64,000 nucleotides of DNA from Chloroflexota bacterium (lineage in GTDB: Bacteria; Chloroflexota; Limnocylindria; P2-11E): the NCBI GenBank assembly GCA_031404235.1, contig JANNHF010000143.1, forward strand, positions 23,999-87,998, given 5' to 3'. Made by a program: the position numbers and the translations under genes. The notes below the pieces were generated by a model. It was not told the origin of the DNA and did no database searches. It saw only the letters and a program-made list of their open reading frames with translations. This document shows, piece by piece, positions 1-8,012 of the stretch; position 1 is the first letter of the stretch, and each line of letters starts with the position of its first letter.

Positions 1-857
1 AGTTCGCTTTCCGCGGGGAGCGCCTCGCCTTCTCGTTCGGGATCATCGCGCTGGCGCTCGTCTCGGCCGCGGTGCTTGCGGCATTCGAAGGGAGCGTGAC
101 GAAGCTCGTTCCGCTCTACACGATCGGGGTGTTCCTCGCGTTCACCCTCTCGCAGAGCGGCCTGGTGCGGCGCTGGTGGCGGCTGCGCGATCCTGGGTGG
201 CGACTCAGCATGGTCATTAACACTTTCGGGACCGTCGTCACGGGGACCGTCCTGGTCGTGGTCGCGGTCACGAAGTTCACGATCGGCGCGTGGATCGTGC
301 TCGTTGTCATGCCGGTGCTCGTCGGAATGCTGTACGCGATCAACCGGCATTACCGATCAGTACAAGACGCGCTGACGCTTGACCGGCCCGATGAGCCCAT
401 CCCGGTCCTCAAGCCACCGGTCGTGCTCATCCCCGTCGCACGGCTGGACCGCGCGACACTTCAGGCCGTCGCATTCGCGCGTTCCATCTCACCCACGGTG
501 CGCGCCGTACACATCGCATCGACCGCCGAGAGCGCCGCGGAATTCGCGCGCCGGTGGCGGCGCTGGACGACCGAGGTGCCGCTCGACGTGATCGAATCCC
601 CGTACCGGTCGCTACTGAAACCGCTGCTGCGGTATATCGAGCGCATCGACGAGCGTGACGATCGTCCGATCACGATCGTGCTCGCGGAGTTCGTGCCACG
701 CAACTGGTGGGAGTGGATCCTCCACAGTCAGACCGCGCTGCGGTTGAAGCTCTCGCTGCTCTTCCGCCCGAACACGATCGTCATCGACATCCCGTATCAC
801 ACCGAGGACACCGGCCACGGCCATACGCCGCGCGAGCTCGAGGATCCACCGCAGTAG
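1..857 (+). CDS. APC-superfamily permease, C-terminal part (partial, runs off window start) with soluble USP-like C-terminal tail
   Basis: Frame of ORF 72..857 stays open back to nt 3 (FAFRGERLAFSFGIIALALVSAAVLAAFEG...). Two hydrophobic helices (LYTIGVFLAFTLSQ; VVTGTVLVVVAVTKFTIGAWIVLVVMPVLVGMLYAI) are followed by a ~170-aa soluble tail. Family call is from general resemblance only. Confidence 0.45.
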   Translation, partial: FAFRGERLAFSFGIIALALVSAAVLAAFEGSVTKLVPLYTIGVFLAFTLSQSGLVRRWWRLRDPGWRLSMVINTFGTVVTGTVLVVVAVTKFTIGAWIVLVVMPVLVGMLYAINRHYRSVQDALTLDRPDEPIPVLKPPVVLIPVARLDRATLQAVAFARSISPTVRAVHIASTAESAAEFARRWRRWTTEVPLDVIESPYRSLLKPLLRYIERIDERDDRPITIVLAEFVPRNWWEWILHSQTALRLKLSLLFRPNTIVIDIPYHTEDTGHGHTPRELEDPPQ

Positions 858-870
858 ACTGCCGCGAGCC

Positions 871-1299
871 ATGCAGTTGAAACGCATCCTTGTTCCGCTT
901 TCTGGCACGAGCGTGGACCCCGACGTCATCCGAGTGGCGGTCTCCCTCGGGAAGCCGGCGAAGGCGGAGGTCATGGCCATCTATGTGATCGAGGTGCGGT
1001 GGAATCTTCCGCTCGACGCGATCCTGGAGCCGGAGAGCGAGCGCGGCGAGGGCGTTCTCGACGACGCGGTGAAGGTGGCGGAGAAGGCCGGCGCGCACCT
1101 CGAGACGGAGCTCGTCCAGGCGCGCGAGGCGGCCGCCGCGATCATCGACACGGCGCGGGACCGGAAGGCCGACCTCATCGTGCTCGGCATGCCGTTCCGG
1201 AGGCGTTTAGGCCGGGTGTACGTCGGCAAGACGGTACAGAGCGTCTACGTCGGAGCGCACTGCGCGGTGCTCGCGTATCGTCAGGAAGAGACACGTTGA
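871..1299 (+). CDS. universal stress protein (UspA family)
   Basis: 142 aa, ILVPLSGT...VMAIYVIEV...ADLIVLGMPFRRRLGRVYVGKTVQSVYVGAHCAVLA is the typical UspA layout; ATG 14 nt after the upstream stop. Confidence 0.8.
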   Translation: MQLKRILVPLSGTSVDPDVIRVAVSLGKPAKAEVMAIYVIEVRWNLPLDAILEPESERGEGVLDDAVKVAEKAGAHLETELVQAREAAAAIIDTARDRKADLIVLGMPFRRRLGRVYVGKTVQSVYVGAHCAVLAYRQEETR

Positions 1300-1766
1300 A
1301 CATCGTCATCGTCGGGTGCGGCCGGGTCGGCGCGTTCCTCGCGGGTCAGCTCGCCAAGGCTGGTCATGCGGTCACGATCGTGGACCTCGACCGTGGTTCG
1401 TTCGAACATCTGCCCCGCGGCTTCGGAGGCACGACGCTGCTCGGCAACGGCACCGACATGGACGTGCTCCGCGCCGCGGGCATCGAGAAGGCGGACGCGG
1501 TCTTCACGCTCACGCAGGGCGATAACCGCAACCTCATGGCCGCGCAGATCGCGCGCCAGATCTTCGGCGTCAAGCGCGTCATCGCTAAGGTCAACGATCC
1601 GATCCGTGCCGCGCTCTACCGCGAGCACGACATCAGCACCGTGTCGCGCACCACGATCCTCGGCACGCTCCTCGAGGCGATGCTCATGGGCGACGCCGAG
1701 GTGGGGAAGGTGCTCATGGAGAAGTCGAAGCAGGCGGAGGCCACGATGGCCGGGGAGCTCGGCTAG
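1296..1766 (+). CDS. TrkA-N (RCK N-terminal) K+ transport regulatory protein, KtrA-like
   Basis: LNIVIVGCGRVGAFLAGQLAKAGHAVTIVDLD... Rossmann GxGxxG of RCK domains. Probable TTG start overlapping the usp stop (acgTTGA); start uncertain. Confidence 0.7.
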   Translation: MNIVIVGCGRVGAFLAGQLAKAGHAVTIVDLDRGSFEHLPRGFGGTTLLGNGTDMDVLRAAGIEKADAVFTLTQGDNRNLMAAQIARQIFGVKRVIAKVNDPIRAALYREHDISTVSRTTILGTLLEAMLMGDAEVGKVLMEKSKQAEATMAGELG

Positions 1767-2423
1767 GTGTACTTCGTCATCGCCGGCGGCGGCGAGGTCG
1801 GCTTCCATCTGGCCAAGGCGCTCCTCGAGGCGTCGCACGAGGTCATGCTCCTCGAGAGTGACCGTCGCCGCGCGCAGGTCATCGCGGAACAGCTCGGGTC
1901 CGTCGTCCTCAACGCGCCGGCGGACGAGGGCCGCTACCAGCTCGAGGCCGGATGCCAGCGCGCGGATGCCGTCATCGCGGTCACCGGGGACGATCCGGTC
2001 AACCTCATCATCTGCCAGCTCGCGAAGTGGAAATGCAACGTGCCGCGCGTCATCGCGCGCGTGAACGACCCGAAGAACGAGATCGTGTTCAAGGCGCTCG
2101 GCATCGACGAGACGATCTCGTCGACGCGCGTGATCATGAACGTGATCGAGCAGGAGCTGCCCTCCGGCGGGTTCATGCCGCTGATGCCGCTCACCGGCTC
2201 GCACCTCGAGCTCATCGAAGCCGAGATCGCCGCGGGGACGCCATCCGCAGGCAGGGCGATCGGCTCGCTCGGTCTGCCCGAGGGAGCGGCGATCGGCGGC
2301 ATCGTCCGCAAGGGCGCCGTCGTGCATACGGACGACGACACGAAGCTCCAGATCGGCGACCGGATCGTGGTCCTTTCTCCGACGAAGGACGAGGCTGGGG
2401 TGCGGAAGGCGCTATTCGGCTAG
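1767..2423 (+). CDS. TrkA family K+ uptake protein (TrkA-N + TrkA-C)
   Basis: GTG start directly after previous stop; MYFVIAGGGEVGFHLAKALLEASHEVMLLESD... (RCK-N) and C-terminal GRAIGSLGLPEGAAIGGIVRKGAVVHTDDDTKLQIGDRIVVLSP (TrkA-C). Confidence 0.8.
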   Translation: MYFVIAGGGEVGFHLAKALLEASHEVMLLESDRRRAQVIAEQLGSVVLNAPADEGRYQLEAGCQRADAVIAVTGDDPVNLIICQLAKWKCNVPRVIARVNDPKNEIVFKALGIDETISSTRVIMNVIEQELPSGGFMPLMPLTGSHLELIEAEIAAGTPSAGRAIGSLGLPEGAAIGGIVRKGAVVHTDDDTKLQIGDRIVVLSPTKDEAGVRKALFG

Positions 2424-3772
2424 CGCGGCAAACCTCCGAGCGCTGCCTCCTCGACGCCGGGCATCGCGAGGCCGGAGGCGACGCTCGTGAACGCCGCCGC
2501 GTCACGCGCACGGGCGTGCGGGAAACGACGCGCGAGCAGCGCGCGGAAGGCTGGTATCGCGCTCGATCCGCCTGTCGTGACCACTTCTCCGATGTCGGTC
2601 GAGCTCACGGTGGCGCGGACCAGCACGTCGGTGATGAGCGCGTTCGTGTCGGTGAGCAGGGTGTCGATGAGGCGCTCGAAGCGCCCACGGGTGAGCCGCG
2701 CGTCCACGTCGACCGCGGCGTGGTGATACGAGAGGATCGCCGCAGGCGCGCTGGAGAGCGCGCACTTCGTGATGTCCGCGGTCATGAAGATCTCGTAGCC
2801 CAGCTGCAACTCGATCGCGCTTCGCAGCGCGGCGAGCTCGCGCTTTGGCGCGCCCTGGCGAACGAGATCATCCAGCGCTTCGAGCAGCGGCTTCTCGTTG
2901 AGCGCCGAAAGCGCGTGCCAGTCGTGGAGCGCGTTGATGATGAAGGCGGGAAGGCGCAGTCGTTTCGGTCCCCAGGTCGCGCGCGAACCCAGGTGCGGAG
3001 CGATCGCATCGTCGATCACCCGCTCGGTGCACCGATCGCCGCCGATGTCGCGGCCCGCCGTCGCGAGGACCTCGAGCCGGCTGCCCTCGCGGCGGGCCTC
3101 GCGTAGAACGATCGCCAGATCGAGCGTGCCACCCCCGAAGTCGAAGACCAGGGTGAGCCCCGGCGTGACGCTCGCCGCGTGCGCGGCGCCCACAGGCTCG
3201 AACGCGAAGCGCACTTCGTCGAAGCCGGCGAGCTCCGCCGCGCGCCGCATGCGCGAGACTGCGCGGGCCTCGGCCGCGGCGCCCCCGATGTACTCCACCG
3301 GCCGGCCGACGGTGATCTCCGACGGCGCCTCGCCGACGAGCTCGCGCACGCGTTCGCGAACGTGCGCGAGTACGACAGCGATGAGGTCCTCGAGCCCGCG
3401 GGCTTCACCGAAGACATTCGTGCGCACGTCGAGTGGCTCGCCCAGAAAGGTCTTCAGCGCCTGGAACAGCCTGCCCGGCGACGACGTGTCGGTGTAGATC
3501 TGCGCCTCGACCGTCTTCTGGCGTGGGTTCGAAGATTCGAGGCGGATGCCAAGCGGCCTGAACTCCCGGGTTATCGGGCCGCGCTGGCGGTTGTCAGCCA
3601 GATAGGCGTCGATCGCCGTCCGGCCCACGACGCTCGATCCGTCCCGCCGGACGTAGAGCACCGTCGGCATCGCGGCGCCGGCGATCGGGTCGATGGGCAA
3701 GACCGTCGAGCGCTCGCCATCCCAGACGGCGACCGACGTGTTGGATGTACCGAAGTCGAGTCCGAAGCGCAC
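2420..3772 (-). CDS. Hsp70-family nucleotide-binding-domain protein (YegD-like, ~450 aa, no substrate-binding domain)
   Basis: Within ORF 2420..4108 the actin-like ATPase phosphate-1 motif FGLDFGTSNTSVAV is preceded by an in-frame GTG (VRFGLDFG). Later LVFDFGGGTLDLAI matches the phosphate-2 motif of Hsp70. The upstream 112 codons are Arg/Ser/Pro-rich junk, so start set at GTG 3772. Confidence 0.7.
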   Translation of the reverse strand: MRFGLDFGTSNTSVAVWDGERSTVLPIDPIAGAAMPTVLYVRRDGSSVVGRTAIDAYLADNRQRGPITREFRPLGIRLESSNPRQKTVEAQIYTDTSSPGRLFQALKTFLGEPLDVRTNVFGEARGLEDLIAVVLAHVRERVRELVGEAPSEITVGRPVEYIGGAAAEARAVSRMRRAAELAGFDEVRFAFEPVGAAHAASVTPGLTLVFDFGGGTLDLAIVLREARREGSRLEVLATAGRDIGGDRCTERVIDDAIAPHLGSRATWGPKRLRLPAFIINALHDWHALSALNEKPLLEALDDLVRQGAPKRELAALRSAIELQLGYEIFMTADITKCALSSAPAAILSYHHAAVDVDARLTRGRFERLIDTLLTDTNALITDVLVRATVSSTDIGEVVTTGGSSAIPAFRALLARRFPHARARDAAAFTSVASGLAMPGVEEAALGGLPR

Positions 3773-3794
3773 GGCGCGCGATTGTCGCACCGCT

Positions 3795-4016
3795 CTAGCC
3801 GATCGCGCGCCTTCGCGCGAAGCGACGCAGCGCGACCGCGCCCCAGATCGCCTCGACGAGCGCGAATGGCCAGGTGCCGGCGAGCCACCCGTACATCGCC
3901 GCGGCCCAACAGGCCAGGCCGAACGCCAGCACGAAGTAAGGGGAGCGGTCCTCCGCGGCGTAGCACGCAAGCATGACCGCGACGCTGGCAAAGCCGAATA
4001 CCGTGAGGGGATCCAC
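3795..4016 (-). CDS. small two-helix membrane protein (hypothetical)
   Basis: C-terminal 73 aa of ORF 3795..4145 (VDPLTVFGFASVAVMLACYAAEDRSPYFVLAFGLACWAAAMYGWLAGTWPFALVEAIWGAVALRRFARRRAIG) has high GC3 and two TM helices; GTG start with GAAAGG upstream. Sits 20 nt upstream of the Hsp70-like gene on the same strand. Confidence 0.4.
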   Translation of the reverse strand: MDPLTVFGFASVAVMLACYAAEDRSPYFVLAFGLACWAAAMYGWLAGTWPFALVEAIWGAVALRRFARRRAIG

Positions 4017-4101
4017 GCACGCCTTTCTAGCCGCACTTGCGCGAGGCCGCCATCTGAGCGCCCCCCTCCAGCGGTGGGGGGTCGACACTGGGGTAAGAGT
4101 C

Positions 4102-4130
4102 TTGACAATGCTATTGGTAACTTTTATACA
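4102..4130 (+). promoter_or_regulatory. sigma-70-type promoter TTGACA-N17-TATACA in an AT-rich island; TSS predicted at or within 1-2 nt of the hspR ATG (leaderless)
   Basis: tcTTGACAatgctattggtaacttTTATACAcataagacATG: the only AT-rich stretch for kilobases. -10 ends 8 nt before ATG 4139 and there is no SD. Imperfect inverted repeat TTGACAAT/ATTGGTAA and CAATgctATTG overlap the -35 (possible HspR operator). Confidence 0.5.
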
Positions 4131-4138
4131 CATAAGAC

Positions 4139-4450
4139 ATGGCACGTGCTCAGCGGCCCGTTTACGTTATCTCCATCGCAGCCGGTCTCGCGGGCTGCCA
4201 CCCGCGCACGCTGCGGATCTATGAGGAGGAAGGCCTGCTCGAACCAGTGCGGACCGAGACCAATATCCGCCTGTACTCCGATGATGATCTGCAGCGGGTA
4301 AGGGTGATCCGTTACCTCACCCAGGTGCGTGGCGTGAATCTCGCCGGCGTCAAGCTCCTCCTGCACATGCGCGACGCCACGGACCTGATGGAGGATCTGA
4401 TGCGGGAGGTCGTGGAACTAGACACGGAGGACGAAGGCACGCGTTTCTAG
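4139..4450 (+). CDS. hspR: MerR-family heat-shock repressor HspR
   Basis: 103 aa, PVYVISIAAGLAGCHPRTLRIYEEEGLLEPVRTETNIRLYSDDDLQRVRVIRYLTQVRGVNLAGVKLLL is a MerR-type HTH typical of HspR; sits in front of lon, cbpA-like and clpB. Confidence 0.75.
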   Translation: MARAQRPVYVISIAAGLAGCHPRTLRIYEEEGLLEPVRTETNIRLYSDDDLQRVRVIRYLTQVRGVNLAGVKLLLHMRDATDLMEDLMREVVELDTEDEGTRF

Positions 4451-4507
4451 CACGACGAGCACACATCGCACCCTGGACCGAACCGCGAAAGGAAACAGAG
4501 GACCAAA

Positions 4508-6925
4508 ATGACGGACGAAACGAAGACGACCACACCGGAGGGCGGGTACCCGGGCGATCTACCGGTTGTCCCGCTGCGCGAAGCGGTCGTGTTCCCAAAG
4601 CTGGTCGTGCCCCTCGGAGTCGGCCGCGAGAAGTCCGTCGCCGCGATCAATGCCGCCATGGCGGAGGAGCGGCACCTCATCGTGCTCGTCGCCCAGCGCG
4701 ATGCCGAGATCGACGACGTTCAGCCCGAGCAGATCCACAACGTCGGCACGGTCGCGGAGATCGTGCGCCTGCTTCGCATCCCGGATGGAAGCGCGCAGAT
4801 CATCGTTCAGGGCGTCCAGCGGGTGAAGATCACCGGCTACCAGCCGGAGTCGCGGTTCTTCCGCGTCACGTTCGAGCCGATCGTCGAGGAGCTCGGCGAT
4901 CCCATCGAGCGCGAGGCGCAGCTGCGCAATGTGAAGGCCCTCTTCGAGCGCTACGTCGATAACGGCGGGTCGATCCTGCCCGAGCTCGCCATGACCGCGA
5001 AGAACACGGACGACCCGGCCCACTTCTCAGACCTGGTGGCGTCGAGCCCCGATCTCACGCTGGAGCAGCGGCAGCAGCTGCTCGAGACGCGCAACGTCAT
5101 CGAGCGCCTGCGCTTCCTCGGCGTGTTCCTCGCGAAGCAGAACGAGATCCTCGAGCTGAAGCAGAAGATCCAGAGCGAGGTCCAGCAGACGCTCGACAAG
5201 ACGCAGCGCGAGTACATCCTGCGCGAGCAGATGAAGGCCATCCAGAAGGAGCTTGGCGACGACGACCAGGGCTCCGAGGTGCGCGAGCTGCGCGAGAAGA
5301 TCGAACAGGCCGGCATGCCCGATCCGGTGAAGGAGAAGGCCCTCAAGGAGCTCGGCCGGCTCGAGAAGATCCCGCAGGCCTCGCCCGAGACCGGCGTCAT
5401 CCGCACCTATGTCGACTGGCTGGTGTCGCTACCGTGGAAAGTGGCAGCGAACGACGACTGGGACATCTCCGAGGCCGCGAAGATCCTGGACGAGGATCAC
5501 TACGGCCTGCCGAAGGTGAAGGACCGGATCATCGAGTACATGGCGGTGCGCAAGCTCTCGCAGAACCTGCGCGCCCCGATCCTGTGCTTCGTCGGCCCGC
5601 CCGGCGTCGGCAAGACGAGCCTTGGCAAGTCGATCGCGCGGGCGATGGGCCGCAAGTTCATCCGCATGTCGCTCGGCGGGATCCGTGACGAGGCCGAGAT
5701 CCGCGGGCACCGCCGCACCTACGTGGGCGCGCTCCCCGGCCGGATCCTGCAGAACATGAAGACCGCCGCTGAAGTGAACCCCGTGTTCATGCTCGACGAG
5801 ATCGACAAGGTCGGCGCGGACTTCCGCGGCGATCCGAGCTCGGCACTGCTCGAGGTGCTCGATCCCGAGCAGAACAACACCTTCTCTGACCACTACCTTG
5901 AGGTGCCGTACGACCTCTCGAAGGTCATCTTCATCACGACGGCCAACGTCGAGGACACGATCATCGCTCCGCTGCGCGACCGCATGGAGATCATCCGTCT
6001 CCCCGGATACACCGAGGATGAGAAGCTTCATATCGCGACCGGCTACCTCGTGCCCCGCCAGCTGAAGCAGCACGGCCTCGAAGACGGCCGTCTCGTGATC
6101 GTCGACGAAGTCCTTCGCGAGCTCGTCCGCCGCTACACGCGCGAGGCCGGCGTCCGAAACCTCGAGCGCGAGATCGGCACGATGTGCCGCAAGGTCGCGC
6201 GCGCGATCGCCGAGGGCAAGACCGAGAAGGTCGAGATCACGCTCGAGCACGTCGCCGAGTACCTCGGTCCGCAGCGCTTTGACTACGGCCTGGCCGAGGA
6301 AGAGGACCAGGTCGGGGCCGCGACCGGCGTCTCGGTCTCCGAGGCGGGCGGCGACGTGCTCACGGTCGAGGCCACCGTCATCGACGGCAAGGACGAGGAC
6401 TTCACGCTCACCGGCCAGATCGGCAAGGTGATGGAGGAGTCGGCTCGCGCCGCGCTCTCGTACGTGCGAAGCCACGAGCATGAGTTCGGCATCCCGAAGG
6501 GATTCTTCGAGGATCACGCGATACACATCCACGTGCCCGCGGGGGCGATCCCCAAGGACGGTCCGTCCGCCGGCGTGACGATGGCGACCGCCATCGTGTC
6601 GGCGCTCTCCGGCCGTCGCGTGCGACGCGACGTCGCGATGACCGGCGAGATCACGCTCCGCGGCCGGGTCCTGCCGATCGGCGGTGTGAAGGAGAAGCTG
6701 CTCGCGGCGCACCGCGCCGGGATCAAGACGTTCATCCTCCCCGAAAAGAACAGGAGGGACCTGATCGACATCCCCAAGGAAGTGCTCGACACGGTCGAGA
6801 TCAAGACGGTCGACAACGTCGATCAGGTGCTGAAGATCGCGCTCCAGCCAGGCCAGCCAGCGGTGACACCGGCGCAGATCGAGGCGGCCACGCACACCGG
6901 CGTCGTCCCGCCGCCCGCGCACTAG
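4508..6925 (+). CDS. lon: ATP-dependent Lon protease
   Basis: 805 aa; LON N-domain, Walker [10 protein letters not shown], catalytic Ser in [17 protein letters not shown] and Lys in [11 protein letters not shown]. Confidence 0.95.
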   Translation: MTDETKTTTPEGGYPGDLPVVPLREAVVFPKLVVPLGVGREKSVAAINAAMAEERHLIVLVAQRDAEIDDVQPEQIHNVGTVAEIVRLLRIPDGSAQIIVQGVQRVKITGYQPESRFFRVTFEPIVEELGDPIEREAQLRNVKALFERYVDNGGSILPELAMTAKNTDDPAHFSDLVASSPDLTLEQRQQLLETRNVIERLRFLGVFLAKQNEILELKQKIQSEVQQTLDKTQREYILREQMKAIQKELGDDDQGSEVRELREKIEQAGMPDPVKEKALKELGRLEKIPQASPETGVIRTYVDWLVSLPWKVAANDDWDISEAAKILDEDHYGLPKVKDRIIEYMAVRKLSQNLRAPILCFVGPPGVGKTSLGKSIARAMGRKFIRMSLGGIRDEAEIRGHRRTYVGALPGRILQNMKTAAEVNPVFMLDEIDKVGADFRGDPSSALLEVLDPEQNNTFSDHYLEVPYDLSKVIFITTANVEDTIIAPLRDRMEIIRLPGYTEDEKLHIATGYLVPRQLKQHGLEDGRLVIVDEVLRELVRRYTREAGVRNLEREIGTMCRKVARAIAEGKTEKVEITLEHVAEYLGPQRFDYGLAEEEDQVGAATGVSVSEAGGDVLTVEATVIDGKDEDFTLTGQIGKVMEESARAALSYVRSHEHEFGIPKGFFEDHAIHIHVPAGAIPKDGPSAGVTMATAIVSALSGRRVRRDVAMTGEITLRGRVLPIGGVKEKLLAAHRAGIKTFILPEKNRRDLIDIPKEVLDTVEIKTVDNVDQVLKIALQPGQPAVTPAQIEAATHTGVVPPPAH

Positions 6926-6967
6926 AGGGGGTTGGCAGGGGTGGCCCCGGCGCTGAAAGGGGGGTTG

Positions 6968-6985
6968 CAGGGGGTTCTCCCCCTG
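6968..6985 (+). terminator. GC hairpin downstream of lon (CAGGGGG-TTCT-CCCCCTG), no U-tract
   Basis: Perfect 7-bp stem / 4-nt loop 43 nt after the lon stop; G-rich flanks (gagggggttggcagggg...). Confidence 0.35.
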
Positions 6986-6997
6986 CGATAAACCGGT

Positions 6998-7969
6998 ATG
7001 CCGGTCGAATACAAGGACTACTACAAGACACTCGGCGTCTCGAAGAGCGCGAGCGCCGAGGAGATCAAGAAGGCATACCGCAGGCTTGCGCGCCAGCACC
7101 ACCCGGACGTCAACAAGAAGCCGGAGGCGGAGAAGCGCTTCAAGGAGGTCAACGAGGCCAACGAGGTGCTCTCCGATGCCGACAAGCGCAAGCGTTACGA
7201 CACCATCGGACCGGAGTGGGCGCGCGTCCAGAACGGTGGAGGGCGGCAGCAGCCGGGCGGATTCCAGTGGGTCTACACCGGTCAAAGCGGAGCGGATCCG
7301 TTCAACGGAGAAGCGACCGGATTCTCGGACTTCTTCCGCACGCTGTTCGGTGAGGGCGCCGCTGACATCGACACGGGCCCGCTCTTCGGCCGGCCGAGCG
7401 CGAACCGCCGGCGCCGGGCCGCGGCGGGCGCCGACGTCGAACAAGACGTCGAGATCACGCTGGCCGAGGCGTACAAGGGGACCGAGCGACAGGTGGAGCT
7501 GCGCCTCTCCGATGGAACGACGCGTCGCCTCAGCGTGAGGGTCCCGACGGGCGTGCGCGATGGCCAGCGCATCCGCCTCGCGGGACAGGGCGCACCCAGC
7601 GCCGCCGGCGGTCCCTCCGGCGACCTTTTCCTCCGAATGCGCGTTCGGCCACATCCGGTGTTCCAGCGCGACGCGGACGACCTACGCATGGAGCTGCCGG
7701 TCGCCCTGCACGAAGCGATGCTCGGCGCGGAGGTCACGGTACCGACGCTGAAGGGCCGCGTTTCACTCCGCATCCCGCCGGAGACGCAGAACGGTCGCGT
7801 CATCCGGCTCGCGGGGCAGGGGATGCCGCGCCCGACGGGCGGGCACGGCGATCTGTACGTGACGGTCAAGGTCGTGTTGCCCACGAAGCTGAGCGACAAA
7901 GAGCGCGAGCTGGTCACGGAGCTCGCGGCATCGCGCGCCGCCGACGACCCTCGCAGGGGACTCTTATGA
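6998..7969 (+). CDS. cbpA: J-domain co-chaperone, CbpA-like (DnaJ class II, no Zn-finger)
   Basis: [34 protein letters not shown] (J-domain with HPD), G/F-rich linker, two C-terminal beta domains, no CxxCxGxG repeats. Confidence 0.85.
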   Translation: MPVEYKDYYKTLGVSKSASAEEIKKAYRRLARQHHPDVNKKPEAEKRFKEVNEANEVLSDADKRKRYDTIGPEWARVQNGGGRQQPGGFQWVYTGQSGADPFNGEATGFSDFFRTLFGEGAADIDTGPLFGRPSANRRRRAAAGADVEQDVEITLAEAYKGTERQVELRLSDGTTRRLSVRVPTGVRDGQRIRLAGQGAPSAAGGPSGDLFLRMRVRPHPVFQRDADDLRMELPVALHEAMLGAEVTVPTLKGRVSLRIPPETQNGRVIRLAGQGMPRPTGGHGDLYVTVKVVLPTKLSDKERELVTELAASRAADDPRRGLL

Positions 7970-8012
7970 GCTTCTCTCCTGGCCGCGAGCCAGAGATTGA
8001 GCAGGTAACGAA

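Noticed and set aside
1281-3106. Overlapping long ORFs (1281..2327 -, 1366..2064 +, 1952..3106 +) with Arg/Ser/Pro-rich products
   Set aside because: All are alternative frames of the trkA and Hsp70-like genes. Composition is non-protein-like (RSRS.., RRRR runs) and no motifs are present.
4095-4125. Canonical HAIR operator (CTTGAGT-N7-ACTCAAG) at the hspR promoter
   Set aside because: Only partial half-site (CTTGACA) and imperfect inverted repeats are present. Reported as a possible degenerate operator rather than a HAIR call.
3571-4301. ORFs 3571..4020 (-), 3693..4301 (+), 3973..4224 (+) around the hspR promoter
   Set aside because: They overlap the Hsp70-like gene, the small membrane ORF or hspR in other frames and have junk-like composition. 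The region is better explained by the divergent promoter.
5429-7654. 741-aa minus-strand ORF antisense to lon and cbpA
   Set aside because: Arg/Ala/Asp/Gly/Leu-dominated low-complexity translation. It fully overlaps two genes with unmistakable family motifs. This is the typical long antisense ORF expected in a 70 % GC genome.
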